Positions 1 to 8,115 of a stretch of 64,000 nucleotides of DNA are shown in pieces. The DNA comes from an uncultured Gammaproteobacteria bacterium. Its GTDB lineage: Bacteria > Patescibacteriota > Patescibacteriia > S139-126. The notes beneath the pieces are model-generated. The model saw only the letters and a program-made list of their open reading frames with translations. It ran no database searches and was not told where the DNA came from. Both the position numbers and the translations under genes were made by a program. The stretch spans positions 647,646 to 711,645 of the forward strand of contig CAZUKA010000001.1 in the NCBI GenBank assembly GCA_964620905.1. Reading direction: 5' to 3'. Numbering within the stretch: position 1 is the stretch's first letter; each line of letters opens with the position of its first letter.

Positions 1-587
1 TTTGCCCCCAGCTTTTCTACCCAAAATAAAGTTTCTTCTTGAAAGGAATAACCATTGCTCTTTATTTTAGCAAACTGAATTTCAGCTAGAATTTGCCGAC
101 GGTAACAGCGAAATCCAGCTGTCACATCTTTGGTTTTTAGTCCTAAAAATAAACGAGCAAAAGTCATGGCCCCCCAACTCATAAATTTCCGCCACCAGTT
201 CCAACCAACAATTCGCCCACCAGCAATACGTCTTGAACCAATGGCCAAATCTGCTCCAGTTTCCAACGCTTGCACCAGTTTTGGTATATCAGCAGGATCG
301 TGTGATAAGTCAGCATCGATTTCCATGATAAAATCAGCATTTTTATCAAGCGCTTTTCTAAAACCGGCTATATAAGCACTACCCAAACCCATTTTGCCCG
401 AACGATGTAAAACTTCGAGTTTGTATTTTTTACTTAAATCACCAGCTATTTTACCAGTATTATCAGGAGAATTATCATCAACTACCAAGACCTCAATATT
501 CAATGGCAATAAAAAAATTTTCTCTACCAGTTTGGGTAAATTTTCCGCTTCATTGTAAGTTGGAATGACAATATAAACAAGTGACAT
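1..587 (-). CDS. Polyprenol-phosphate mannose synthase-like GT2 glycosyltransferase (3' end runs off the window)
   Basis: Manual translation from ATG at 587: MSLVYIVIPTYNEAENL...VVDDNSPDNTG...GLGSAYIAGF...EIDADLSHDP, all DPM1-type GT2 motifs; not in the ORF track. Confidence 0.9.
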   Translation of the reverse strand, partial: MSLVYIVIPTYNEAENLPKLVEKIFLLPLNIEVLVVDDNSPDNTGKIAGDLSKKYKLEVLHRSGKMGLGSAYIAGFRKALDKNADFIMEIDADLSHDPADIPKLVQALETGADLAIGSRRIAGGRIVGWNWWRKFMSWGAMTFARLFLGLKTKDVTAGFRCYRRQILAEIQFAKIKSNGYSFQEETLFWVEKLGA

Positions 588-592
588 AAATT

Positions 593-2134
593 TTATTCTG
601 CTAAATGAATAAATGTTTCCTTGTCAATATCAACATAATCGCTCAAATCATTGGCATAAATCAGCCGATCTTCTAGTAAAGATAGATCTTGCCCTAAGTA
701 TTGATTTAGAATCAGACGAAAAGTATTGACCGGTGAGATAGAATCATAAAGACTGCTGTAATTTCCGTCATAAAAATAATAAGCATTTAATATAGAAAAT
801 CTTTCATACAAATATTCTGGTGTCAACTGGTCAGTAAGAAAAACATAAGACGAAGCCGGTCCATGATCAGATTGAACTATGATTATGCTGGGACGATTTA
901 TCTTTTCTTTAAGTTCGGTTAAAGTTTTTTTTGTTAAATCTGATATAAATAGTAGTTGATTGCCGTAATATTTTATATAATCTTGTTGCAGACTTTGGTT
1001 GTCTGAATAACTTTTAATAACCATCAGATTATATACAAATTCATTACTAAACATTTGACCGTTTTGATCAAAAACGAACGGTTCGTGGGGCGAGGTTATA
1101 TGGCTAATAACATATTTAGGGCGATCTGGGTTATGATCTGCTATTTTCGGCAAATTGGCAAATGAATATAGAACCCTTTTCCTTTGTGAATCAAAAATGC
1201 TGTAAAAAAGAGCTTTATTTGGAACAATAAAAAAAGGGGTCATATTAATAAACTGATGATGAAAATCATTTAAAACAAATTTGGGTGATAAATAATAATC
1301 GCTTTTTCTCATTTCCGTACCCGGATAGCCAGTTGCAAAACTATAAGTTTCATAACCGCAATCTTTTAAAAATTTCATTATTTTATTTTCTGATAAATTA
1401 CTTATCAAGACTGAATTATCACGCGGAGAAAAATTAAAATTTTTATGGTAATCCAAATTTAAGGTTGATGATAAAGATAATAATGTACGTGGGTAATTGG
1501 TATAACTATTACTAGCTATATAAAAATTATTATCTTTTAAAAATTGAATAAAATTAGAATTATCCAAATTATAAAATTTATTCAAAATATCTTCGCGACC
1601 ATAAGCGTCTAAAACCAAATAATATATATCTGGCTTTATTGTCTCTGATCGGCAAAGCTCAATATCTAAATTTACATTAAATAATTCTTCGCTTGCTCGA
1701 CTATTTTTATTTAATAACTGCCAACCATTGAAACCCAACAAGGTTACTACCATAATGATAGTAAAGACAGATAACTTAGCTAACCAAATTCCTCTAATAA
1801 AGACGATAACAATATAAAGTAAAGGAAAAAAAGCAAAAGAAGCTGGGATTATCAATTTATTTATTGGTGCGGGGAAAGAATATGACTTTACAAAAATAAA
1901 ATCATAGCAAAAAAAATACAAAATAAAAAAAACAGTGGTTATCATAGCTTGCTCTTGGTTGTCTAATACCGACCAACTGACTAGCCAGACCAAAATAAAT
2001 GTAAATATAATAATCAAAGCAACAATATAAATGTCACTAAACTGTAAATAGCCGTAATTATGATTATAAATAAAAACAATCGGAAAAGAAGCCGCAGCAA
2101 AAACTATTAATAAATTTTTGATAGTCTTAAACAT
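593..2134 (-). CDS. Membrane-anchored alkaline-phosphatase-superfamily (sulfatase/LtaS/EptA-like) protein
   Basis: About 5 N-terminal hydrophobic helices, then PDIYYLVLDAYGR, NYPRTLLSLSS (Thr at the nucleophile position), HITSPHEPF and QSDHG metal-binding motifs. Confidence 0.8.
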   Translation of the reverse strand: MFKTIKNLLIVFAAASFPIVFIYNHNYGYLQFSDIYIVALIIIFTFILVWLVSWSVLDNQEQAMITTVFFILYFFCYDFIFVKSYSFPAPINKLIIPASFAFFPLLYIVIVFIRGIWLAKLSVFTIIMVVTLLGFNGWQLLNKNSRASEELFNVNLDIELCRSETIKPDIYYLVLDAYGREDILNKFYNLDNSNFIQFLKDNNFYIASNSYTNYPRTLLSLSSTLNLDYHKNFNFSPRDNSVLISNLSENKIMKFLKDCGYETYSFATGYPGTEMRKSDYYLSPKFVLNDFHHQFINMTPFFIVPNKALFYSIFDSQRKRVLYSFANLPKIADHNPDRPKYVISHITSPHEPFVFDQNGQMFSNEFVYNLMVIKSYSDNQSLQQDYIKYYGNQLLFISDLTKKTLTELKEKINRPSIIIVQSDHGPASSYVFLTDQLTPEYLYERFSILNAYYFYDGNYSSLYDSISPVNTFRLILNQYLGQDLSLLEDRLIYANDLSDYVDIDKETFIHLAE

Positions 2135-3512
2135 TTTTTTTCAATAAATATAACACGCGCTGACTGGAAGTGATTGTTTGTTTGGTTTGAATGGTGAAAT
2201 ATTTAGTAAAATATTTCTCAAAATTCATTTGATCATAGTCGGCAAATATATCCTGCCGATTGGTTAATAGTAGTTGCACTTGGGAATCTTCTTTGGGTAC
2301 ATATTCAACTATCAACCAATTACCAAGGAACGAAAAAAATTCGGCGATCTTGATCCAAGGTAAGTTGTTGCCAATCCGCAGATGATGAATAAGCGCCAAT
2401 CCTAATGCCAAATCTGCCTTAGCGCGTTGCAACCATGACTGTCGTTCTGTGTGTAGCCATCCCAAAGCTGGACTGGGATTATATAAATCAATCAACAAGG
2501 GCAAGATATTGTCTATCTTTTGTTTTTTCACCTCTTGATATAAACGATCAATACTGGTCTGATCACTATCAAATACCACCGTCTGGCAACCCTGACTGGC
2601 TACCAGTTTAGCAAAAGTGCCATCATTACCTCCAATATCCCAAACAACTTTGGGTTTGGGATTTATTTGAGAAAATAAATCCAGCAACAATTCTTTTTTG
2701 GACGCAAAAGCCTGATCGTTGTAGTTAGTAAAAGTATAATAGTCACCCCAAATAGTCTTTTTGTCTGGGGCTGGTAAACTCAAAATTGCTGTCCGTAAAC
2801 TTTCCACCAATCGCAGTAAACTTTGTTGATTGGTAAATTTATTACCGGATTGATTGACCTTTACTTTGTTAAACTGGCCAATCTTTGCTTGCAGATGTAA
2901 ATGCAAAGCCAGGGACAATTTAAACTTGGCAGAAGTTGGCAATAACTTTGTGGCTAAATCCAGCGGTACTCCATCTAAATAATGTTGCCATAATGGCTGC
3001 ATACGAACATCAACTAGTGACAACAAGGCTAGCGGCGCCAAAAAGTGACGACAAAATTGCCCATAAGCGTCCCAAAGTGACCCTGGTTTGTAGATACCCA
3101 AAGACAAAGTATCTATCAATATCGGCGCGCCCTGGGAAAATTGAATATTGTACGCACTGGCATCCCGTAAAATAAAACCATTCTGCAAAGCCAGCTCTTG
3201 CACTTGCAGCGTCAGAAGCGCCGCGTCTTTGAGTTGAGAAAAACTCCATTCATAAGGATAAGAAATGGTTGAAACCAATTCGGGTTCAATCACTTTGTAT
3301 ATTTCTTCATCAACTAGACCAATTTCTACCTCTTGATGACTAACTAATAACTTAGCTTTTATCAATTTATTGTAGAAAGCTGATTTGGTTAATTGATCAT
3401 AATCAGTCTGAAAACTTTTTCTAATGACACGATAAAGCTTACCTGCTTGAAAAAAAACATAACCAGCATGGTCGCGAAAGGAAGCAGGGTGTTTTGAAAT
3501 TTGATCAATCAT
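2127..3512 (-). CDS. NoeA-like protein: N-terminal kinase-like region plus C-terminal class I SAM methyltransferase
   Basis: SFRD, YPYEW, LRDASAYNIQF, LIDTLS; VWDIGGNDG SAM motif; LALIHHL; EYVPKEDSQV. Confidence 0.8.
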   Translation of the reverse strand: MIDQISKHPASFRDHAGYVFFQAGKLYRVIRKSFQTDYDQLTKSAFYNKLIKAKLLVSHQEVEIGLVDEEIYKVIEPELVSTISYPYEWSFSQLKDAALLTLQVQELALQNGFILRDASAYNIQFSQGAPILIDTLSLGIYKPGSLWDAYGQFCRHFLAPLALLSLVDVRMQPLWQHYLDGVPLDLATKLLPTSAKFKLSLALHLHLQAKIGQFNKVKVNQSGNKFTNQQSLLRLVESLRTAILSLPAPDKKTIWGDYYTFTNYNDQAFASKKELLLDLFSQINPKPKVVWDIGGNDGTFAKLVASQGCQTVVFDSDQTSIDRLYQEVKKQKIDNILPLLIDLYNPSPALGWLHTERQSWLQRAKADLALGLALIHHLRIGNNLPWIKIAEFFSFLGNWLIVEYVPKEDSQVQLLLTNRQDIFADYDQMNFEKYFTKYFTIQTKQTITSSQRVLYLLKKNV

Positions 3513-3721
3513 GAATGATTATTCGATCGTATTTTGGCTAGTATAGTCTTTGGTAATTTTTTCAAACTGTAATAGATCTTTCGCCAAAAACTTTTCAGTA
3601 TATAGGCTGCGCCTAAAAGAAAAGCGATTAGAATCTGTGCAATATAACTGCCACCCCCCGGATCAATATAAGCTAAACTTGGTAAAGGTAAAAACAAAGC
3701 AACTAGGATTAAAAACCACAT
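3509..3721 (-). CDS. 70-aa membrane microprotein with a YIDPGxGS motif
   Basis: Signal-like N terminus ending SLA, then YIDPGGGSY, a hydrophobic helix and a basic tail; ATGA overlap with the next gene. Confidence 0.8.
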   Translation of the reverse strand: MWFLILVALFLPLPSLAYIDPGGGSYIAQILIAFLLGAAYILKSFWRKIYYSLKKLPKTILAKIRSNNHS

Positions 3722-3798
3722 AAATTTTATTTATTTTATATTCTAATTATAATCTTTTTGCCGGAATAAATCTAATTAAACTTGCGAGAAAATATATT

Positions 3799-3830
3799 TT
3801 AAAATACCATCCAGCTGGATGGTATTTTAA
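3799..3830. terminator. Perfect palindrome, probable intrinsic terminator of hppA
   Basis: TTAAAATACCATCCAG|CTGGATGGTATTTTAA immediately downstream of the hppA stop. Confidence 0.7.
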
Positions 3831-3839
3831 TTGTTGATT

Positions 3840-5801
3840 TTATAATAGCGGTGCAATCACGATCGCAATAATCGCCATCAATTTAATCAAAATATTAAGA
3901 CTTGGTCCGGAAGTATCTTTGAAAGGATCACCCACAGTATCACCCACTACCGCTGCTTTGTGTACAGCACTTCCTTTACCACCAAGGTTACCTGCTTCTA
4001 CATATTTTTTAGCATTATCCCAAGCGCCACCAGCGTTGGCCATAATAACTGCCAGTAAAAATCCAGTGACAGTTGAACCAACCAACATACCAGCCAACGA
4101 AGTCTTACCTAAAATCAAACCAACCAACAATGGCATAACTACTGCTAAAACCCCTGGAACAATCATATGTTTTAGAGCACTGGCAGTAGAAATAGCAACA
4201 CAGCGAGCATAATCTGGCTTAGCAGAACCATCCATAATGCCAGCGATTTCTTTAAACTGTCGCCTTACTTCGTTCACCATTTCTTGAGCAGAAGTACCTA
4301 CTGATTTCATGGTTAGAGCGGAAAATACAACTGGTAACAGTGCCCCAATAAACAGACCGATCAAAACTTTTGGATCCAAAACATCAACTACATTTAAACC
4401 AACCACATGTCCATAGGTAATCAACAACACCAAGGCAGTCAAAGCAGCACTACCAATAGCAAAACCTTTACCAATTGCTGCTGTGGTATTACCAACCGCA
4501 TCCAAATTTTCAGCACGCTCTCTGGTTTCATGACCCAACCCGGCCATTTCAGCAATACCGGCTGCATTATCAGCTACTGGTCCATAAGTGTCTGTCGCTA
4601 AAGTAATACCCAAAGTTGCCAACATGCCAACTGCGGCAATAGCTATACCGTAGATACCAGCTTGAAAATATGCTACCCAAATAGCCACACACACTGCTAA
4701 TACAGGAATAATAGTGGACATTAACCCCAAAGCAAAACCGGCAATAATATTTGTCGCTGGTCCAGTTTGAGAAGCTTCGGCAATGCCACGCGTAGGTTTG
4801 TTTTTTTCCGAAGTATAAAATTCAGTCGCCAGTCCAATAACAATTCCTGAAACCAAACCGGCAATAATTGACCAATAAACACCCACGCTGCCGACAGTAT
4901 ATTTGACCAAAAAAAATGAAAATACCGCAACTACCAAAGCTGCTGACCAGATTCCAGCATTTAAAATACCGTGTAGACTTCCAGATTTTCTCATTTTAAT
5001 CACCACGTTTCCAATCAAGGAGGCAATCACCCCTAAACCAGCAACCAATAAAGGTAAAATTGTAGCTTGATCGCCCAATAAATAAGTTGCTGCCGCCCCT
5101 AGAGCCATAGCTGCAATCAATGAATCGCTGTATGATTCAAACAAATCAGCTCCCATACCAGCCACGTCACCAACATTATCACCAACATTGTCAGCAATGG
5201 TAGCCGGATTTCTTGGATCATCTTCAGGAATACCAGCTTCAACCTTTCCGACTAAATCAGCGCCCACATCTGCCGCTTTGGTATAAATACCACCGCCCAC
5301 TCTGGCAAATAGCGCCACGGAAGAGGCACCAAAACCAAAACTATATATAACATTTGGATCTTTGATCAAAGCATATAAAATACCAATAGCCACCAATGAT
5401 AAACCTGTAACCGAAAGTCCCATAACTGACCCAGAAGAAAATGCTACTTTCAAACCAGCAAATAAACTGTGCCTGGCAGCTTCAGCGGTACGTGAATTTG
5501 CCAAAGTAGCAATGCGCATACCAATATTGCCAGCCAAAGCTGAAATAAAAGCACCCAAAACAAAGCACGCTGCTTGCACCCAACCTAGAACCGAAAAACC
5601 CATCAGTAGTGCCACCACAATTATAAAAATTAATAAAATCTTATATTCTTTTTTCAAAAAAGCCATTGCCCCCTCATGGATAAAACCGGCAATTTCTTTT
5701 ACTTTTTCATCCTCCACCTTTGTTTTTTTGATTTTGTAGGCTAGCCAACCGGCATAAACTAGACCGATTGCTCCAGCTACCACACCATACATATAATGCA
5801 T
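3840..5801 (-). CDS. hppA: Membrane-bound Na+/H+-translocating pyrophosphatase, K+-dependent type
   Basis: [55 protein letters not shown]; GNTTAA (Ala) marks the K+-dependent class. Confidence 0.97.
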   Translation of the reverse strand: MHYMYGVVAGAIGLVYAGWLAYKIKKTKVEDEKVKEIAGFIHEGAMAFLKKEYKILLIFIIVVALLMGFSVLGWVQAACFVLGAFISALAGNIGMRIATLANSRTAEAARHSLFAGLKVAFSSGSVMGLSVTGLSLVAIGILYALIKDPNVIYSFGFGASSVALFARVGGGIYTKAADVGADLVGKVEAGIPEDDPRNPATIADNVGDNVGDVAGMGADLFESYSDSLIAAMALGAAATYLLGDQATILPLLVAGLGVIASLIGNVVIKMRKSGSLHGILNAGIWSAALVVAVFSFFLVKYTVGSVGVYWSIIAGLVSGIVIGLATEFYTSEKNKPTRGIAEASQTGPATNIIAGFALGLMSTIIPVLAVCVAIWVAYFQAGIYGIAIAAVGMLATLGITLATDTYGPVADNAAGIAEMAGLGHETRERAENLDAVGNTTAAIGKGFAIGSAALTALVLLITYGHVVGLNVVDVLDPKVLIGLFIGALLPVVFSALTMKSVGTSAQEMVNEVRRQFKEIAGIMDGSAKPDYARCVAISTASALKHMIVPGVLAVVMPLLVGLILGKTSLAGMLVGSTVTGFLLAVIMANAGGAWDNAKKYVEAGNLGGKGSAVHKAAVVGDTVGDPFKDTSGPSLNILIKLMAIIAIVIAPLL

Positions 5802-5834
5802 AGAAATGATGGTTAATTATTATTTAATTATTAA

Positions 5835-7148
5835 TTAATCTTTTTTTATTTCCGATTCAGTGGTCACATTTATATTTTCGTTTTCTTCTTTCGCTGGTGA
5901 ATCTATGTTTGTTTCAGATGGTTCTGATGCTACTTGTTCGTCTAACTTGTCGGCAACTGACGTTTCAACCAGTTCACCTTTGTCTGAAGCAATATCAATT
6001 TTCCAACCAGTCAACTTCGCTGCCAGTCTAACATTCTGGCCAGACTTACCAATAGCCAAAGACAACTGATCCTCTTTGACCGTAGCTACGGCTTGATGTT
6101 CAGCTTCTTTTAACTCAACCGTCAACACTTGAGCGGGTGACAGAGCATTGCTAATAAATTGGCGTGAATCTTCACTCCATTCAATAATATCAATTTTTTC
6201 TCCGTTTAACTCATTGATCACTGTCTGTACCCTGGTACCACGTTGTCCCACACAAGAACCAATTGGGTCAATATTTTCCTGATGCGCCACAACAGCGATT
6301 TTTGCTCTAGCTCCGGCTTCTCGGGCTACAGCTTTTATCTCTACTGTCTCGGCCATAATTTCCGGTACTTCCAAAGCAAATAATTTTTTCAAAATTTCCG
6401 GATGCGCGCGCGAAGCAATTATCTCTGGGCCTTTATTGCCACGAGCAACTGAAGCTATATATATTTTCAATCTCATGCCTGGTCGATACTGTTCAGTAGG
6501 AATTTGCTCGTCGTAAGGCAAAATCGCAAAAGCTTTTCCCAAATCAATGAAAATATTCCTGCCCTCAATCCGCTGAATAGTGCCATTGACCAATTCGCCT
6601 TCTCGGTTTTTGTAATCATTGAAAATAGTATCACGTTCCACTTCACGCAATTTTTGAATAATCACCTGTTTGGCAGTCTGAGCAGCCACACGTCCATATT
6701 CAGCTGGTACTTCTAGCTCTTGGGTTAAGACATCACCAATTTCAGCTTTTTTATTTATTTTTTTAGCTTCCGAGAGCATGATATCAGTCTTGGGGTTGTA
6801 TTTTTTTATGTCTGATATTTCCATGGGGTCTGGTTCATCAAATGCTTCATTTTTACTTTCCGCCTCTTTTTTGCGCGCTAACCAATCTTCTTTTTGCAAC
6901 CGCAACTCTTCCCGTTGTTTTTCAAGTTCTTCTAGATCAATATCTTCTACCACGGTTTTTTCATCAAACACCCTAGCCCCGCCAGTCTCGGGATTAAATT
7001 GAACTTTGATGTTTTGTTCTTTGTTGCCAAAATCTTTACGAAAAGCGGCCGCCAGTGCTGCTTCAATGGTTTCTATCACCAATTCTTTTTTTAGACCTTT
7101 TTCATCACAAATCTGCTGAATCGCGGCCATAATGGGATTAGTACTCAT
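5835..7148 (-). CDS. nusA: Transcription termination/antitermination factor NusA
   Basis: GRVAAQTAKQVIIQKLRE, S1 and KH domains, DPIGSCVGQRGTRV, LAIGKSGQNVRLAAKLTGWKIDI. Confidence 0.98.
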   Translation of the reverse strand: MSTNPIMAAIQQICDEKGLKKELVIETIEAALAAAFRKDFGNKEQNIKVQFNPETGGARVFDEKTVVEDIDLEELEKQREELRLQKEDWLARKKEAESKNEAFDEPDPMEISDIKKYNPKTDIMLSEAKKINKKAEIGDVLTQELEVPAEYGRVAAQTAKQVIIQKLREVERDTIFNDYKNREGELVNGTIQRIEGRNIFIDLGKAFAILPYDEQIPTEQYRPGMRLKIYIASVARGNKGPEIIASRAHPEILKKLFALEVPEIMAETVEIKAVAREAGARAKIAVVAHQENIDPIGSCVGQRGTRVQTVINELNGEKIDIIEWSEDSRQFISNALSPAQVLTVELKEAEHQAVATVKEDQLSLAIGKSGQNVRLAAKLTGWKIDIASDKGELVETSVADKLDEQVASEPSETNIDSPAKEENENINVTTESEIKKD

Positions 7149-7301
7149 ATAATAAATTTTAGAATAAAAAAAACTAGTATAAATACTAGCTTGATTTTAT
7201 GTTATCTTAATCCAACCAACTTGTCAATCCTTGACTTTTATAGATTTTCATGCTATTTTATTAAATTCAATAAAGTTTTTTAACAATCAAACGAGGTCAA
7301 A

Positions 7302-7793
7302 TTGGAAACATGGGTAAAATATATTGCCAAAAAATTAGCCCCTAAACAAAATTTCAGATTTATTATCTGGCCAAATTCGATCAACTCCATAGTTGAAATG
7401 CCAACTAATGGTCAACCAACTATATATATTGGTACCAAAAATAAAAATAAAAAAATACTTATTGGAGAAATTGCACATGAAATTAGTGAGATTATATTAG
7501 GCACTGAAAGGCTTGATAAAAAAAAATATTATAAAATAATTTTATCTATCACTAAATCATACGAATTAACCAATAAGTGGTCTTATTTGTTTGCTCTGCT
7601 GACAGGGCTTATTTATAATAATGAAACTAGAGCCGATCAATTGGCTTTAAAAATTATAAAAAAATCAGGTATTAATCAAAATTATATATTTGATTATCTA
7701 GTTTGGCTCAATAAACAAAATCACAATTTTCTTGTGAAAAGAATGATTAAAAAGAGATTAAAAATTATAAAACGCCTGCTAAAAATAAATTGA
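7302..7793 (+). CDS. Hypothetical protein, degenerate M48-like zincin
   Basis: TTG start after ACGAGG; IAHEISE and ETRADQLA resemble the HExxH and ExEAD motifs; followed by a terminator hairpin. Confidence 0.5.
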   Translation: METWVKYIAKKLAPKQNFRFIIWPNSINSIVEMPTNGQPTIYIGTKNKNKKILIGEIAHEISEIILGTERLDKKKYYKIILSITKSYELTNKWSYLFALLTGLIYNNETRADQLALKIIKKSGINQNYIFDYLVWLNKQNHNFLVKRMIKKRLKIIKRLLKIN

Positions 7794-7808
7794 TTAGCAG
7801 GCTTTTTT
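7773..7808 (+). terminator. Intrinsic terminator
   Basis: GCCTGCTA...TAGCAGGC followed by a T tract. Confidence 0.65.
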
Positions 7809-7810
7809 TA

Positions 7811-7839
7811 TTGACAAAAATAAAAAAACATGCTACAAT
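7811..7839 (+). promoter_or_regulatory. Sigma70-type promoter
   Basis: TTGACA-17 bp-TACAAT with an extended -10 TG. Confidence 0.75.
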
Positions 7840-7872
7840 AATATAATAAGTATTAAGTTTTAATAAAAAATT

Positions 7873-8070
7873 ATGTTAGAAAAAATGTCAAAATTTTTTA
7901 GCCCTGATCAATCTGGTAGTGGTTCAAATACAGGTGGGGGGAAAAATGAAAAAGAAAACAATGAAAAACCATTGGGTTATATTGAAGGTAGTGGCGGTGC
8001 CTTAACACCTTATTATTCAGAAGAAGAAAGACTTAGATTGTTAGAGGAAATTAGAGATAATCAAGATTAA
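7873..8070 (+). CDS. 65-aa hypothetical protein
   Basis: ORF between a consensus promoter and a palindromic terminator. Confidence 0.6.
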   Translation: MLEKMSKFFSPDQSGSGSNTGGGKNEKENNEKPLGYIEGSGGALTPYYSEEERLRLLEEIRDNQD

Positions 8071-8079
8071 ATAGATTAC

Positions 8080-8115
8080 ATTAAAATAAGCTCTCAATTG
8101 AGAGCTTATTTTAAT
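8080..8115. terminator. Perfect 36-bp palindrome, bidirectional terminator between convergent genes
   Basis: ATTAAAATAAGCTCTCAA|TTGAGAGCTTATTTTAAT, overlapping the valS stop. Confidence 0.7.

Noticed and set aside
130-375. Plus-strand 81-aa ORF and the many other short antisense or alternate-frame ORFs inside hppA, nusA, valS, tig, dnaA, smc and others
   Set aside because: Shadows of well-supported genes, with no motifs or expression signals
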